A DNA stretch of 63,516 nt, counting the filler, from Craspedostauros australis (Eukaryota): the NCBI GenBank assembly GCA_030167865.1. It is 20 parts of 20 records of this genome, joined end to end, with 100 filler letters (N's around TTAATTAATTAA, not from the genome) between each part and the next. Parts side by side here need not be neighbours in the genome. Positions count along the whole stretch, not along the records: positions 1 to 14,563 come from JALAGF010000101.1; positions 14,664 to 18,172 come from JALAGF010000108.1; positions 18,273 to 19,312 come from JALAGF010000109.1; positions 19,413 to 26,910 come from JALAGF010000110.1; 16 more parts are not named here. One strand, 5' to 3'. This document shows positions 10,737 to 20,957 of the stretch, piece by piece. A program made the translations under genes and the position numbers. Every line of letters starts with the position of its first letter. The stretch's first letter is position 1. The notes under the pieces were generated by a model. The model was not told the origin of the DNA, made no database searches, and saw nothing but the letters and a program-made list of their open reading frames with translations.

Positions 10737-13700
10737 ATGTCACCGACTCCATCCAACAGCACCAACGAACCATCCCAAATCGACGATCTGCTGCAGCGCA
10801 GTGATAGCACCAAGGATGGAAACAGCAGCTTCGGGAGCTCAAGGGAGCTGGAGGTTGATCTCGTTGATCGGTCCTCAGGCATGTACGACTACATCGCATC
10901 GTCCACCTATTCAACAGCAAGCTCCAGCGTGGATAGCGATTCAAACAGCAACCGCGATGTCGATGGTGCTGACGGTCCAAGTGGATCCATGAGATCCTGC
11001 AGAGCGCTCGGGCCGAAGAGCAGCCGCGAGAAGCTGCGGGAGTTCTCGTGCGAGCAGCTCCATTTCGACAGGATCGGCCTGGCGGGAAGAAGTGACGAGG
11101 TCAGGATCATGGACGACGTGCTGCAGAGCCATTTTGTGGCAATGCCGCCACCGGCAACAAAGACAGCGCACAAGCAGCTGCATGAGATGGATACATCGCT
11201 GCATAATGGAACGAGGCGAGCGTCATTGAGCATCACATCAAGACGCAGCCTCGTGTTGCTTGCAGGCTCGTCCGGAAGCGGCAAATCGGCATTGGCGCAA
11301 CAGCTGCGGCCCAAGGTGCGGCGGCAACGCGGTTTGTTCGTCTACACCAAATTCGATCTGCGTCGCGTGGATCATCAGATGCCGCTGGAGGGCGTCAAGT
11401 CAGCACTCAATGATATCTGCTCCAGCATCATGCATCTCAAGCAGAAACCGTCGGCAAACGACATTCACTGCGGCGGCAATCCGCGCGCATCCTCTGCGGG
11501 CGATAAGTTCAAGCTGCTGCAGCACGCAATCATGGCAGGGCTGGACGCAGACGCATTGGGGATCCTCAGCGCGAACATTGCGAATCTCATCGACATCATT
11601 AACGTTCACAATGACGAGGAGATGGCGACTGCCGATGCCCCGCATGGTGCCCGCCACATTCGCAGAACCAACAGCAGTAGAAACAGGAACAGATTCGTGC
11701 CGGATGCTCACGAATCTGTTGGTACGAGCACGAGCACGAACAGAAAAGGGCAACCAATTCTCAACAGCAGCCTTCACGACTCCAACAACTCACTCTCCAT
11801 TGATATGCAAGCCGATCAGCTCAAGTTCATCATTTCCCGATTCTTTCAAATCGTCACGTCGATCATCCCCATCGTTTGGGTCTTGGATGACCTGCAATGG
11901 GCCGATGCAGCATCCATGGACACGATCCAGCGATGCCTGCTAGACGGGCGGATTCGATCCATGATGGTGGTCGGGGCGTACAGATCGAACGAAGTCTCGG
12001 ACCTTCTCGAGGCGACCTTGGAAGAGATTGACAGCTGTAAACAGCCGCACTCATTGCGCGTGGAATGCATCAACGTTGGCGATCTTGCGGTCGATGATGT
12101 TCAACAGATATTGGTGCAGCTCCTCAACCCCAAATCGGCAGATACCGTCGACGAGCTGTCGGCGATCATTCACAGCAAGACACATGGCAATGCTCTGTTC
12201 GTGCAGCATTTCATCCGCATGCTCGTCGATCAGGATCTGCTGTGCTACAACGTTGGGATGTCGAAGTGGACGTGGAACGAGAAGCACGTTCAGCAGCAGA
12301 CAGACGCAACGAAGAACGTGCTCGACTTACTGATGTCCAAGCTGCAGCATCTCGAGGCTGCGCGCCACGTCCTACCGCTAATGGCGTGTCTGGGCAACAG
12401 CTGCCACGAATCGATGGTCCGAATGGCATTGGAAGGCTTCTCAGATCATTCCGGCCAATCCAGATGGTTTGAAGTGATGTTTGGAACACATCCTTCAACC
12501 GTCGCAAAGAACCTTCGATTGGATCTGGAGATGTGTCAACGAAATGGACTGATTGTCCAACAAGGACGAGATATGAGCAATCCCCTTGATGAATCTGACG
12601 GCGCCACAAAGACAATGCGTACTACGAGCAGCATGGTGCCAACGCCTGAAAGTAGCAATGCGTTGCTCTCGTTTGTGCATGACAAGGTGCAAGAGGCAGC
12701 CTTGAAGCTGCTCGCAGCGGACAAGCTGCCAGAGTTGAAATTCCGCATCGGTAAGATGCTGCTCGAGTCGATGACCGAGAAGGAACTGAGACTGCACACG
12801 TTTGTGACCGTCAATCTCATCAACAATCGGCTCGATTTGCTCCCAGGGCATATTGGGGCCCGGTGCAACCCGATTCGCTCAAAGGCGTCAACTCTCAACT
12901 ACTATGCCGGACGGCATGCGATGAGTTGCGTGTCATGCAAGATAGCAGCGCAGTACTTTCAGAATGCCATCGACCTGATGCCCAACGATCACTGGAGCCA
13001 ACGGCACATGAATCATTCAGTGGAAGTGTACATCGCTGCAGCAGAATGCGCCTTCATCAATGCAGATATGATGATGTTGGAGAAGTACGCAAAGGCTGTG
13101 CAGAACTCCGCGTGCTCCAAGCTGGACAAGCTGCGGGTGTACCATCTGATGATCGGAACGAGCAGAACAGTCAAGCACCGAGATGAGACTTCGTTCAATC
13201 CAATCATGTTTGGATTGAATGTTCTGCGTGGCATGGGATCACGCATACCGGAAGGGAGGAGACGGCAGAAACTTGCCACTCTGAAAGGGCTCATTGGTCT
13301 GTCATCGAAAGTGAAACAGAAATGGGCGCCTGCCTTGCTCCACACTCTGAAGTACACGACAAACAAGGAAGCTCTGGCATACATGATGACATTGGATCGG
13401 TTGGTGGATGCTTGTTTTCAGGATAGACCTGATCTCCTGCCTCTGCTGTTGATCGATGGCGTCCGCAAGTCCTTTGAGGTTGGACTGACGCCGTGGTCTG
13501 GCCCAGCGTTTGCTGGCCTGGCCAACCTCGTCCTCGCCCGACTGAACGATGTGCAAACTGCCACAGCATACGCCAACTACGCCGCGACGATGGTGGAGTC
13601 GATGGAGAATCACGAGGCAAAGAACCGCACTCTCATAGTTGCCAGCTCCAGAGCACTCAGCTGAGATGTGCCATTCTCTCAGCTGCTCAAGAAATTCTCA

Positions 13701-14563
13701 GACATTCACGATGCATCAATGTCTGCAGGAGACTTGAACAATGCGATCTGGGCTGCCTTCATGTACACCTACGTTGGGTTGCACACCGGGCACAACTTGA
13801 ACGAGGTGTACCAAGATCATCGAATCTACTTGCAACTAACGTATGGTTGCGAACTGGCAAGGCAGGAAGAAAAGCTGAATGTATTCGACAGTCTTGTTCG
13901 CAGATTGCTGGGGCAACCGTACGAACCGAAGAATCAATCCTCGTCGGACAGTCTCCTCCGCAGCAGGCATTCGCAGTCAGCCGGCGAAAGTGCCAAGGCA
14001 CTGCGTCACCGTTGCTTGCGGGCGAATACCGAGGTAGTGTACGCGTCGTACATGGCAGACTACGTGACGGCAGCGGATTTGGCAGTCAAGTACTTCGAAG
14101 GAGTCATGAGGCTCTTCATGACTCATGCTGCAAGCATCTTTGCCATATTCTTCGCTGGTTTCAGCTGCTACGCTGCCATTGCGGACTCCGCCAAGCAACG
14201 GGAAAAGAAGAACAAGTATTTCAAGCAGTACAGGAAGCTCGCGCAGAAGTGCCGGGCCAAATTGGAGGAATGGACCTCCCGTGGCTGTCCCAACACTGCG
14301 CATCTTCTCGACCTTGTGAACGCCGAATGGCTGTCATTGAAGGGTGATACGACGTTGGCACTCCAATGCTTCCAGGATTCCATCCGCTCGTCGGCACGGC
14401 GAGGGCAGATCAACATCCAGGCCATCGGCAATGAACGCCTGGCCGAGTTCCACATCCGAGACGGAGAGGCGGGTGATGCGCGTTACTATTTCGAAGAGGC
14501 ACTGAGATTGAACAAGGAGTGGGGCGCCACAACGAAGGTGAAGGCTTTGGAGGAGCGGTGCGA
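10737..14563 (+). pseudogene. Second STAND/AAA ATPase paralog with one in-frame TGA at 13662-13664; 3' end lost in a gap
   Basis: LAGRSDE, Walker A GSSGSGKS, WVLDDLQW, KTHGNALF, FVHDKVQEAA and EWGATTKV. ORFs 10737-13664 and 13668-14563 are in the same frame. Confidence 0.75.
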
Positions 14564-14663
14564 NNNNNNNNNNNNNNNNNNNNNNNNNNNNNNNNNNNNN
14601 NNNNNNNTTAATTAATTAANNNNNNNNNNNNNNNNNNNNNNNNNNNNNNNNNNNNNNNNNNNN
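14564..14663. other. Artificial contig linker (N run + TTAATTAATTAA + N run). The same linker core starts at 18217, 19357, 26955, 28489, 30061, 31506, 33356, 35326, 38357, 43522, 45290, 46831, 48055, 50499, 53728, 55138, 57283 and 60972
   Basis: An identical 12-mer with stops in all six frames, embedded in Ns, is repeated 19 times. Confidence 0.97.
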
Positions 14664-17600
14664 CTACATGGACATGAGGCCTCCCACACGCAAGGAGATC
14701 GACACGTACCCACACGTGGACTTCACCGCCGACGAAGAGTGGGACCCGTCCACTCTCGACCACGAGTTCACTTTGCTGGACGGGATCTCTGATGGTGTCC
14801 CAGACGACGGCGTCCACTCACCGGACTCCATCGAAGTGTTCACCAGTGAGACCGGTGCCCCAAACCANGGCGCTATCACTCGNGCGAAGCCGACGATCGA
14901 CTATGAGGCCCTCCGTCCGTACTTCGGATGGATCCCGGCCAGAAGAGTCCAAGACACTCTCAAGTGCACGTCCCAATGGTACCGCACCTCCGAGCGGTTC
15001 ACCATGAGAAAGCACTTCAAGACCAGATTCCCTGCTGCGAACGTGGACAGGCTCCACGAGACTGTTGCCATGGACACGTTGTTCTCTGACACACCTGCAC
15101 ACGACGATGGTGTGCCAGTCCATGGTGGCAGCACGATGATGCAAGTATACGTGGCCGTGGATTCTCGCTTCACCGCAGGCTTTCCCATGACATCGGAGAA
15201 GCAAGTCGCTTCCACTCTCCAAGACTTCATCCGGCGTCATGGAGCTCCTGACCTCCTGATGTCCGATAACGCGAAATCCGAGATNNNNNNNNNNNNNNNN
15301 NNNNNNNNNNNNNNNNNNNNNNNNNNNNNNNNNNNNNNNNNNNNNNNNNNNNNNNNNNNNNNNNNNNNNNNNNNNNNNNNNNNNNNNNNNNNNNNNNNNN
15401 NNNNNNNNNNNNNNNNNNNNNNNNNNNNNNNNNNNNNNTTCTGGCTCATATGCACCATGTATGTCATTGTGCTCTTCAACCACTTGGCTCAGCGCACGGC
15501 AGGTAACGTCACGCCGATGCAGGCAGCCTATGGACACTGTCCCGATGTGAGCAAGTTCCTTGCCTACCAATGGTGACAGCCGGTGTACTACCGCGTGGAG
15601 AAACCTGGCTTTCCCAGCCAGTCCAAGGAGCGAAAGGGGAGATGGGCCGGACCCTGCCTCCACAAGGGTGACGAACTCACCTTCTGGGTGTTGGACGATG
15701 ACACCCAACAACTCCTCCCTCGATCCTCGATCCGTGCAGCCGACNNNNNNNNNNNNNNNNNNNNNNNNNNNNNNNNNNNNNNNNNNNNNNNNNNNNNNNN
15801 NNNNNNNNNNNNNNNNNNNNNNNNNNNNNNNNNNNNNNNNNNNGACGACGTCCCAGTGCCTGATGGAATGCAACCAGTTGTCCATTCCCTCGGAGACGCC
15901 GTTCTTTTCGCTTCTGCGGAGTCCGATCCTGGAACAGCGGACATGGCAAGAGTCTCCATCCCTCGATTCACACCAGAAGATCTCATCGGCAAGACCTTTC
16001 TGTACGACCGTGACGGACAGAGAGTCAAGACCGAAGTCATCCAACGCGTCAACGATGCAGATGCAGCGAACCACCAGCGAATCAAGATGTTGCTCGCCTT
16101 CGACGATGGAGCCACCAACGAACTCATCTCCTACGTCCAGCTGTCCGACATCATCGAACAGCAGCTCGAACACAACGAAGACGACGAAGACGGAGTATGG
16201 GGATTCCAAGGCATCATCGGCCACGAAGGACCTCTCGCTCCGAACGCCAAGACCTACAAGGGGTCCCGATACAATGTCATTGTACAATGGGATGATGGAT
16301 CAACAACATCCGAACCACTCTCCACCATGTTGCAAGATGATCCTGTATCATGTGCGACATACGGCCGGAAGAACGGATTGCTCGATCAGCCTGGATGGAA
16401 ACGGCTGAAGAAGCTCTCTGACCGACAGGCTCGAATGGAGCGCAAGACCTCCATCAACAAGGCCAAGAAGCACGCCAACGCACCCATCTACCAGTTTGGT
16501 GTACAGGTACCACGCAATCACCAAGAAGCCGTACGCCTCGACAAACGCAACGGCAACACGCTCTGGGCAGATGCTGAACGTACCGAGATGGAACAGCTCT
16601 TCGGATATGAGACCTTCCGATCGCTCGGTAAGACCAAGACCATTCCAGACGGATACCAACAGATCCGATTGCAATGGGTCTACACGGTCAAGCACGACCT
16701 CAGACACCGAGCACGATGTGTGGCTGGCGGACACCTGACGGATCCGTGCAAGGACTCCTCCTACGCCGGAGTTGTCAGCTTGCAGTCACTCCGAATCGCT
16801 CTACTCGCTGGCGAACTGAACAGACTCAAGACCATGGTCGGCGACATTGGAAACGCCTACCTGGAGGCATACACAAAGGAGAAGATCTGCTTCGTTGCCG
16901 GCGACGAGTTCGGGGAGCACACAGGCCACATGCTCACAATTGTCAAGGCGCTCTACGGCCTCCGGACATCTGGAGCTCGCTTCCACGAAGCGCTGGCAGA
17001 TACCCTCCGAGACATGGGCTTCCAGCAGTGCAGGTCTGACCCCGATGTGTGGATGCGTGATGCAGGTCCGCACTGGGAATATGTTTGCGTATACGTGGAC
17101 GATCTCATGGCGGTCATGTCTGACCCACGCTCCTTCTTTGACATTCTCACATCACAGTATGGCTACAAGCTCAAAGGTGTCGGCCCCATCTCCTACCATC
17201 TAGGAGCAGACTTCGGAAGAGACAGCGACGGCACAATGAAAATCAGCGCGCGTTCCTACAATAAACGCATGCTGACGAACTACGAACAGATGTTCGACGG
17301 ACCACCCAACAAGACCAGCTGCCCCATGGACAAGGACGACAGTCCTGAGCTCGATACGACACCAGAGCTCGGGGAGATCGATCGAACCAAGTACATGTCG
17401 TTGATCGGAGCACTCCAATGGTGTGTGTCTCTGGGAAGGATCAACATACATGTGGCGGCCATGACTCTCTCCCGTTTCCGTGCATCACCAAGAGCAGGAC
17501 ACATGGACAGAGTGAAACGCATCTACGGGTACCTTCGCAAATACCCAGACGCCTCCATCCGCTTCCGAACCGGAATCCCCAACCATGAAGTACACTACGA

Positions 17601-18172
17601 CATCCCACAGCACGAATGGATGTACTCTATGTACGGACCCAACCGAGAGGAGCTGCCGGCGGATGCACCAACAGCCAAAGGCAAACCAGTACGTACCACG
17701 ACCTTCGTTGATGCGAATCTCATGCACTGCAAGGTGACTGGGAAATCAGCAACCGGTATCGTGCATCTCATAAACCAAACACCCATCGAATGGTTCTCGA
17801 AGCGACAGTCNNNNNNNNNNNNNNNNNNNNNNNNNNNNNNNNNNGTGGCAGCACGGTTGGCAACAGAACAGATCCTATCCATCCGCCTGATGCTGTGCGA
17901 AATGGGAATACCTGTGGACGGTCCAAGCTGGCTCTTTGGTGACAACCAGAGCGTAGTCACATCCTCCACCATCCCAACCAGTGTACTCTCCAAGAGGCAC
18001 AACGCACTGGCCTACCACCGAGTCCGATCGGCCATCGCCGCTGGGACGATGTACTTCATCAAGATCAAGGGAAACCAGAACATCGCCAACATCCTCACGA
18101 AGTTCCTTCCACGGTCGGTTTTCTGGGACCTCATCCAACCACTGTTGTTCTGGAAGGGCAACACCGATCCCA
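14664..18172 (+). mobile_element. Ty1/copia (CoDi-type) pol fragment: integrase, chromo-like domain, reverse transcriptase, RNase H
   Basis: Integrase VAMDTLFSD and LMSDNAKSE. RT RARCVAGGH, DIGNAYL, KALYGLR and YVDD. RNase H TFVDANLMHC and FGDNQSVV. The IN-RT-RH order is copia. There is an in-frame TGA at 15574. Confidence 0.92.
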
Positions 18173-18272
18173 NNNNNNNNNNNNNNNNNNNNNNNNNNNN
18201 NNNNNNNNNNNNNNNNTTAATTAATTAANNNNNNNNNNNNNNNNNNNNNNNNNNNNNNNNNNNNNNNNNNNN

Positions 18273-19312
18273 CTGATCGCAAACGCGATTGGTTGGAGGA
18301 AGCCATCTCTCCAGACACCGAGCTCTACCGTGCTCTATTCGAGTCCCAATACCTCGAGGCATCCCTTCATGCAATGAGCATTGACGGTGTCTCAGCAGAG
18401 TTCACACTCGACTTCGAGCGTACGTTCGCACTCGTACGCAGCCATGCTCAACGTCTTGACCGCGTCAAGCCTCGTGGACGTTCCAGTCGCAAGGTGCATA
18501 ATGCCAAGCACTCCGGTGCTCGAGGCCAAGCACAGACATGGAGCAAGGNNNNNNNNNNNNNNNNNNNNNNNNNNNNNNNNNNNNNNNNCGAGGAATGGAT
18601 GAAGATGGAGCGATCTCAGCGTCAAGCATTCCTTGAAGCCAAGGGAAAATGGGATCCCAATCGCGGAAAGGGCGGACGTCAGCGCGCAGCCAACAAGGCA
18701 ACTACCTCCAAGTCGGATGGGCATTCTACAGTTCCATCTGCCAATGCTGCCAATGCCGACACGACCACCACTCCTCCTGCTCAACCTGGTGATGCCATCA
18801 ACCGCATGTTGGCGAATGCCAAGTCCACACCTTCCACTGAGGAACCCATCCTGACCTACAAGGGTCAAACCTGGCGCCTTGCCAACCAGGCCATGGTCCG
18901 CTACGACTTCCACAAGACATCCAAAGCTCATCATGGATCTCTCGTCGACAGCGGTGCCAATGGTGGCCTGGCTGGTGACGACGTCCTCGTACTGTGCAAG
19001 ACTGGTCACACAGCGGATGTCAATGGCATTGGCGATTCTGCGATTGCCAACCTTGACATTGGGACTGTTGCTGGACTTGTCGACACCACCGAAGGTCCCA
19101 TCATTGCCGTATTTCACCAATACGCTCTGTACGGAAAGGGGAAGACCATCCATTCTTCCAACCAACTCGCTTCCTTCGGCATCGACGTCAATGAGCGGCC
19201 ACGACACCTGCCAGGCGGTCGACAGACCATCATCACAACCGATGGCCGCGTCATTCCACTCTCGATTCGTCATGGTCTGTCCTACATGGACATGCGTTGT
19301 CCCACTCGTGAT
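18273..19312 (+). mobile_element. CoDi-type copia gag C-terminus and aspartic protease fragment
   Basis: Protease motif SLVDSGANGGLAG. The fragment ends in YMDMRCPTR, homologous to the YMDMRPPTR that begins the 14664 fragment. Confidence 0.85.
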
Positions 19313-19772
19313 NNNNNNNNNNNNNNNNNNNNNNNNNNNNNNNNNNNNNNNNNNNNTTAATTAATTAANNNNNNNNNNNNNNNNNNNNNNNNNNNNNNNN
19401 NNNNNNNNNNNNTGTAGACTTGGAATGAATGCCAGGAGACACGTGCATACTTTACACATTAGGATGTCGAAGAAATAGAGAGTATGTTTGTGGACTGGTT
19501 GAAGCAGACACGCTCACCAAGCTACCCGAATGACCAACAGCTACGATACCATCCTGCGATGCTCGGCGTTACTCGTACGAGGACGTCACTTGACAATTGT
19601 ACCATATTAATACACTCTGAGCACGAGTAATCTACTCAGTTCCCGATGGTTTCCCCACATAACAAGAACACCATGGCGTCGTCTCGTCCGTACTCATGGG
19701 TGCAGCAATCACACACCACCTCGTGATCATCTGCGCATTGCACTGCCAGTGTTCGACGACCAGGGTGCGGGA

Positions 19773-19980
19773 TGTTGGCAAGTTCCGTGATTGGAAGCCT
19801 ACAATCGTGGAAGATGGTGTTGGTTGATAGTCGTTTGTTTGCTATTTCATTACTTGGCTACTCCGATCCTCTTGGTGTACGCCCGTTCTCTTGCCCGATG
19901 CTCTTGGCACGTTTATCTGTTTCGTAGATTGGGTCTCTGACTATGAGTCGGTGTGCGAGATGCTCTCTTGCTACTCTTTG

Positions 19981-20014
<34 letters not shown>

Positions 20015-20076
20015 ATATCGTATGCTCATGCTACATGATACTTTTTGTTTGATGCGTACTCCACATTCAACACTCC
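19773..20076 (-). repeat. LTR family A, 3' part, interrupted by a second family A element
   Basis: Begins TGTTGGCAAGTTCCG, the reverse complement of the LTR end. It matches the 27923 and 49490 copies up to ACTCC at 20076. Confidence 0.88.
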
Positions 20077-20875
20077 TGTCGAGATGTACATGTAATGATA
20101 TGTCGAGATGTACATGTATATGTGCATCGTTCACCTGTTATTCTCTCATACGCACTTGGACGGTATAACTACATTCGTGTTGATAGTATGCTGTGATTCG
20201 TCAGAATTACAGTGGAAATGGAACACACGAAAATGAGCAGAATTTCCGGAGGAAATTTGCAATCGACGATTTCTGAGAGAATTAGAAATATCGTCCGTCC
20301 ATCCATCAATGGTACCAAGAGAATCTCAAGGTACTTCCCAACTAAACCTCAGATGACAATATCATCTGACAGACCATCGCATCACCAATGGAATGTGACA
20401 TCTGGAGAGCAGAAGGACGCCTACTGACGTTGACAGGATGTCATTGTGTCACCATGTCGACATCTGTCTCCAGGTCAGAGCAGGAGGCAAAGATCCAATG
20501 ACCAAAGGGCATCAAGATCATGGACACGGGAGATGAACTTCAAATGGTAAGTACTCATGGAGTAGGAACTAGTACTGAATGAACGGAGTGTTGAATACGG
20601 AGTACGCATCAAACACGGAGTATGGTGTAACACGAAGTACACGATGCTGAGACAGAGAGAGAGAATACAAAGAGCAGCAAGAGAGCATCTCGCACACCGA
20701 CTCATAGTTGGAGACCAAATCTACGAAACAGATTGAAGTGCTGAGAGCATCGGGCAAGAGAACAAACGGACTCCAAGAGGATTGGAGTACCAACGTAATG
20801 AAATAGCAAACGAATGACTATCGACCAATACCATCTTCCACGATCATAGGTTTCCGTGACCAGAACTTTCCAACA
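20077..20875 (+). repeat. LTR family A, 5' LTR (799 bp, TG...CA)
   Basis: TGTCGAGATG...CCAACA is colinear with the 3' LTR at 32188-32983 and lies directly upstream of gag. Confidence 0.92.
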
Positions 20876-20957
20876 CGTTTATAAACCATAGATCAGGGCA
20901 AGTCCGTGGATCGTATCGTGCGAGGAAGACGAACATCATTCAAGAGCAGCAGGCTGA

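Noticed and set aside
13662..13664. Genome-wide TGA=Trp recoding
   Set aside because: TGA terminates apparently normal genes (7457, 9869, 35147, 41919), also appears at Arg positions, and Trp is otherwise encoded by TGG.
14608..14619. TTAATTAATTAA recurring 19 times as a possible CRISPR-like or regulatory repeat
   Set aside because: It is always embedded in fixed N runs and gives stops in all six frames, so it is an assembly linker. ORFs ending in 'LIN' are artefacts of it.
20212..20793. Small ORFs recurring within LTR A copies (e.g. YFPTKPQMT)
   Set aside because: Frames and stops differ between copies, and the recurrence is explained by the DNA repeat itself.
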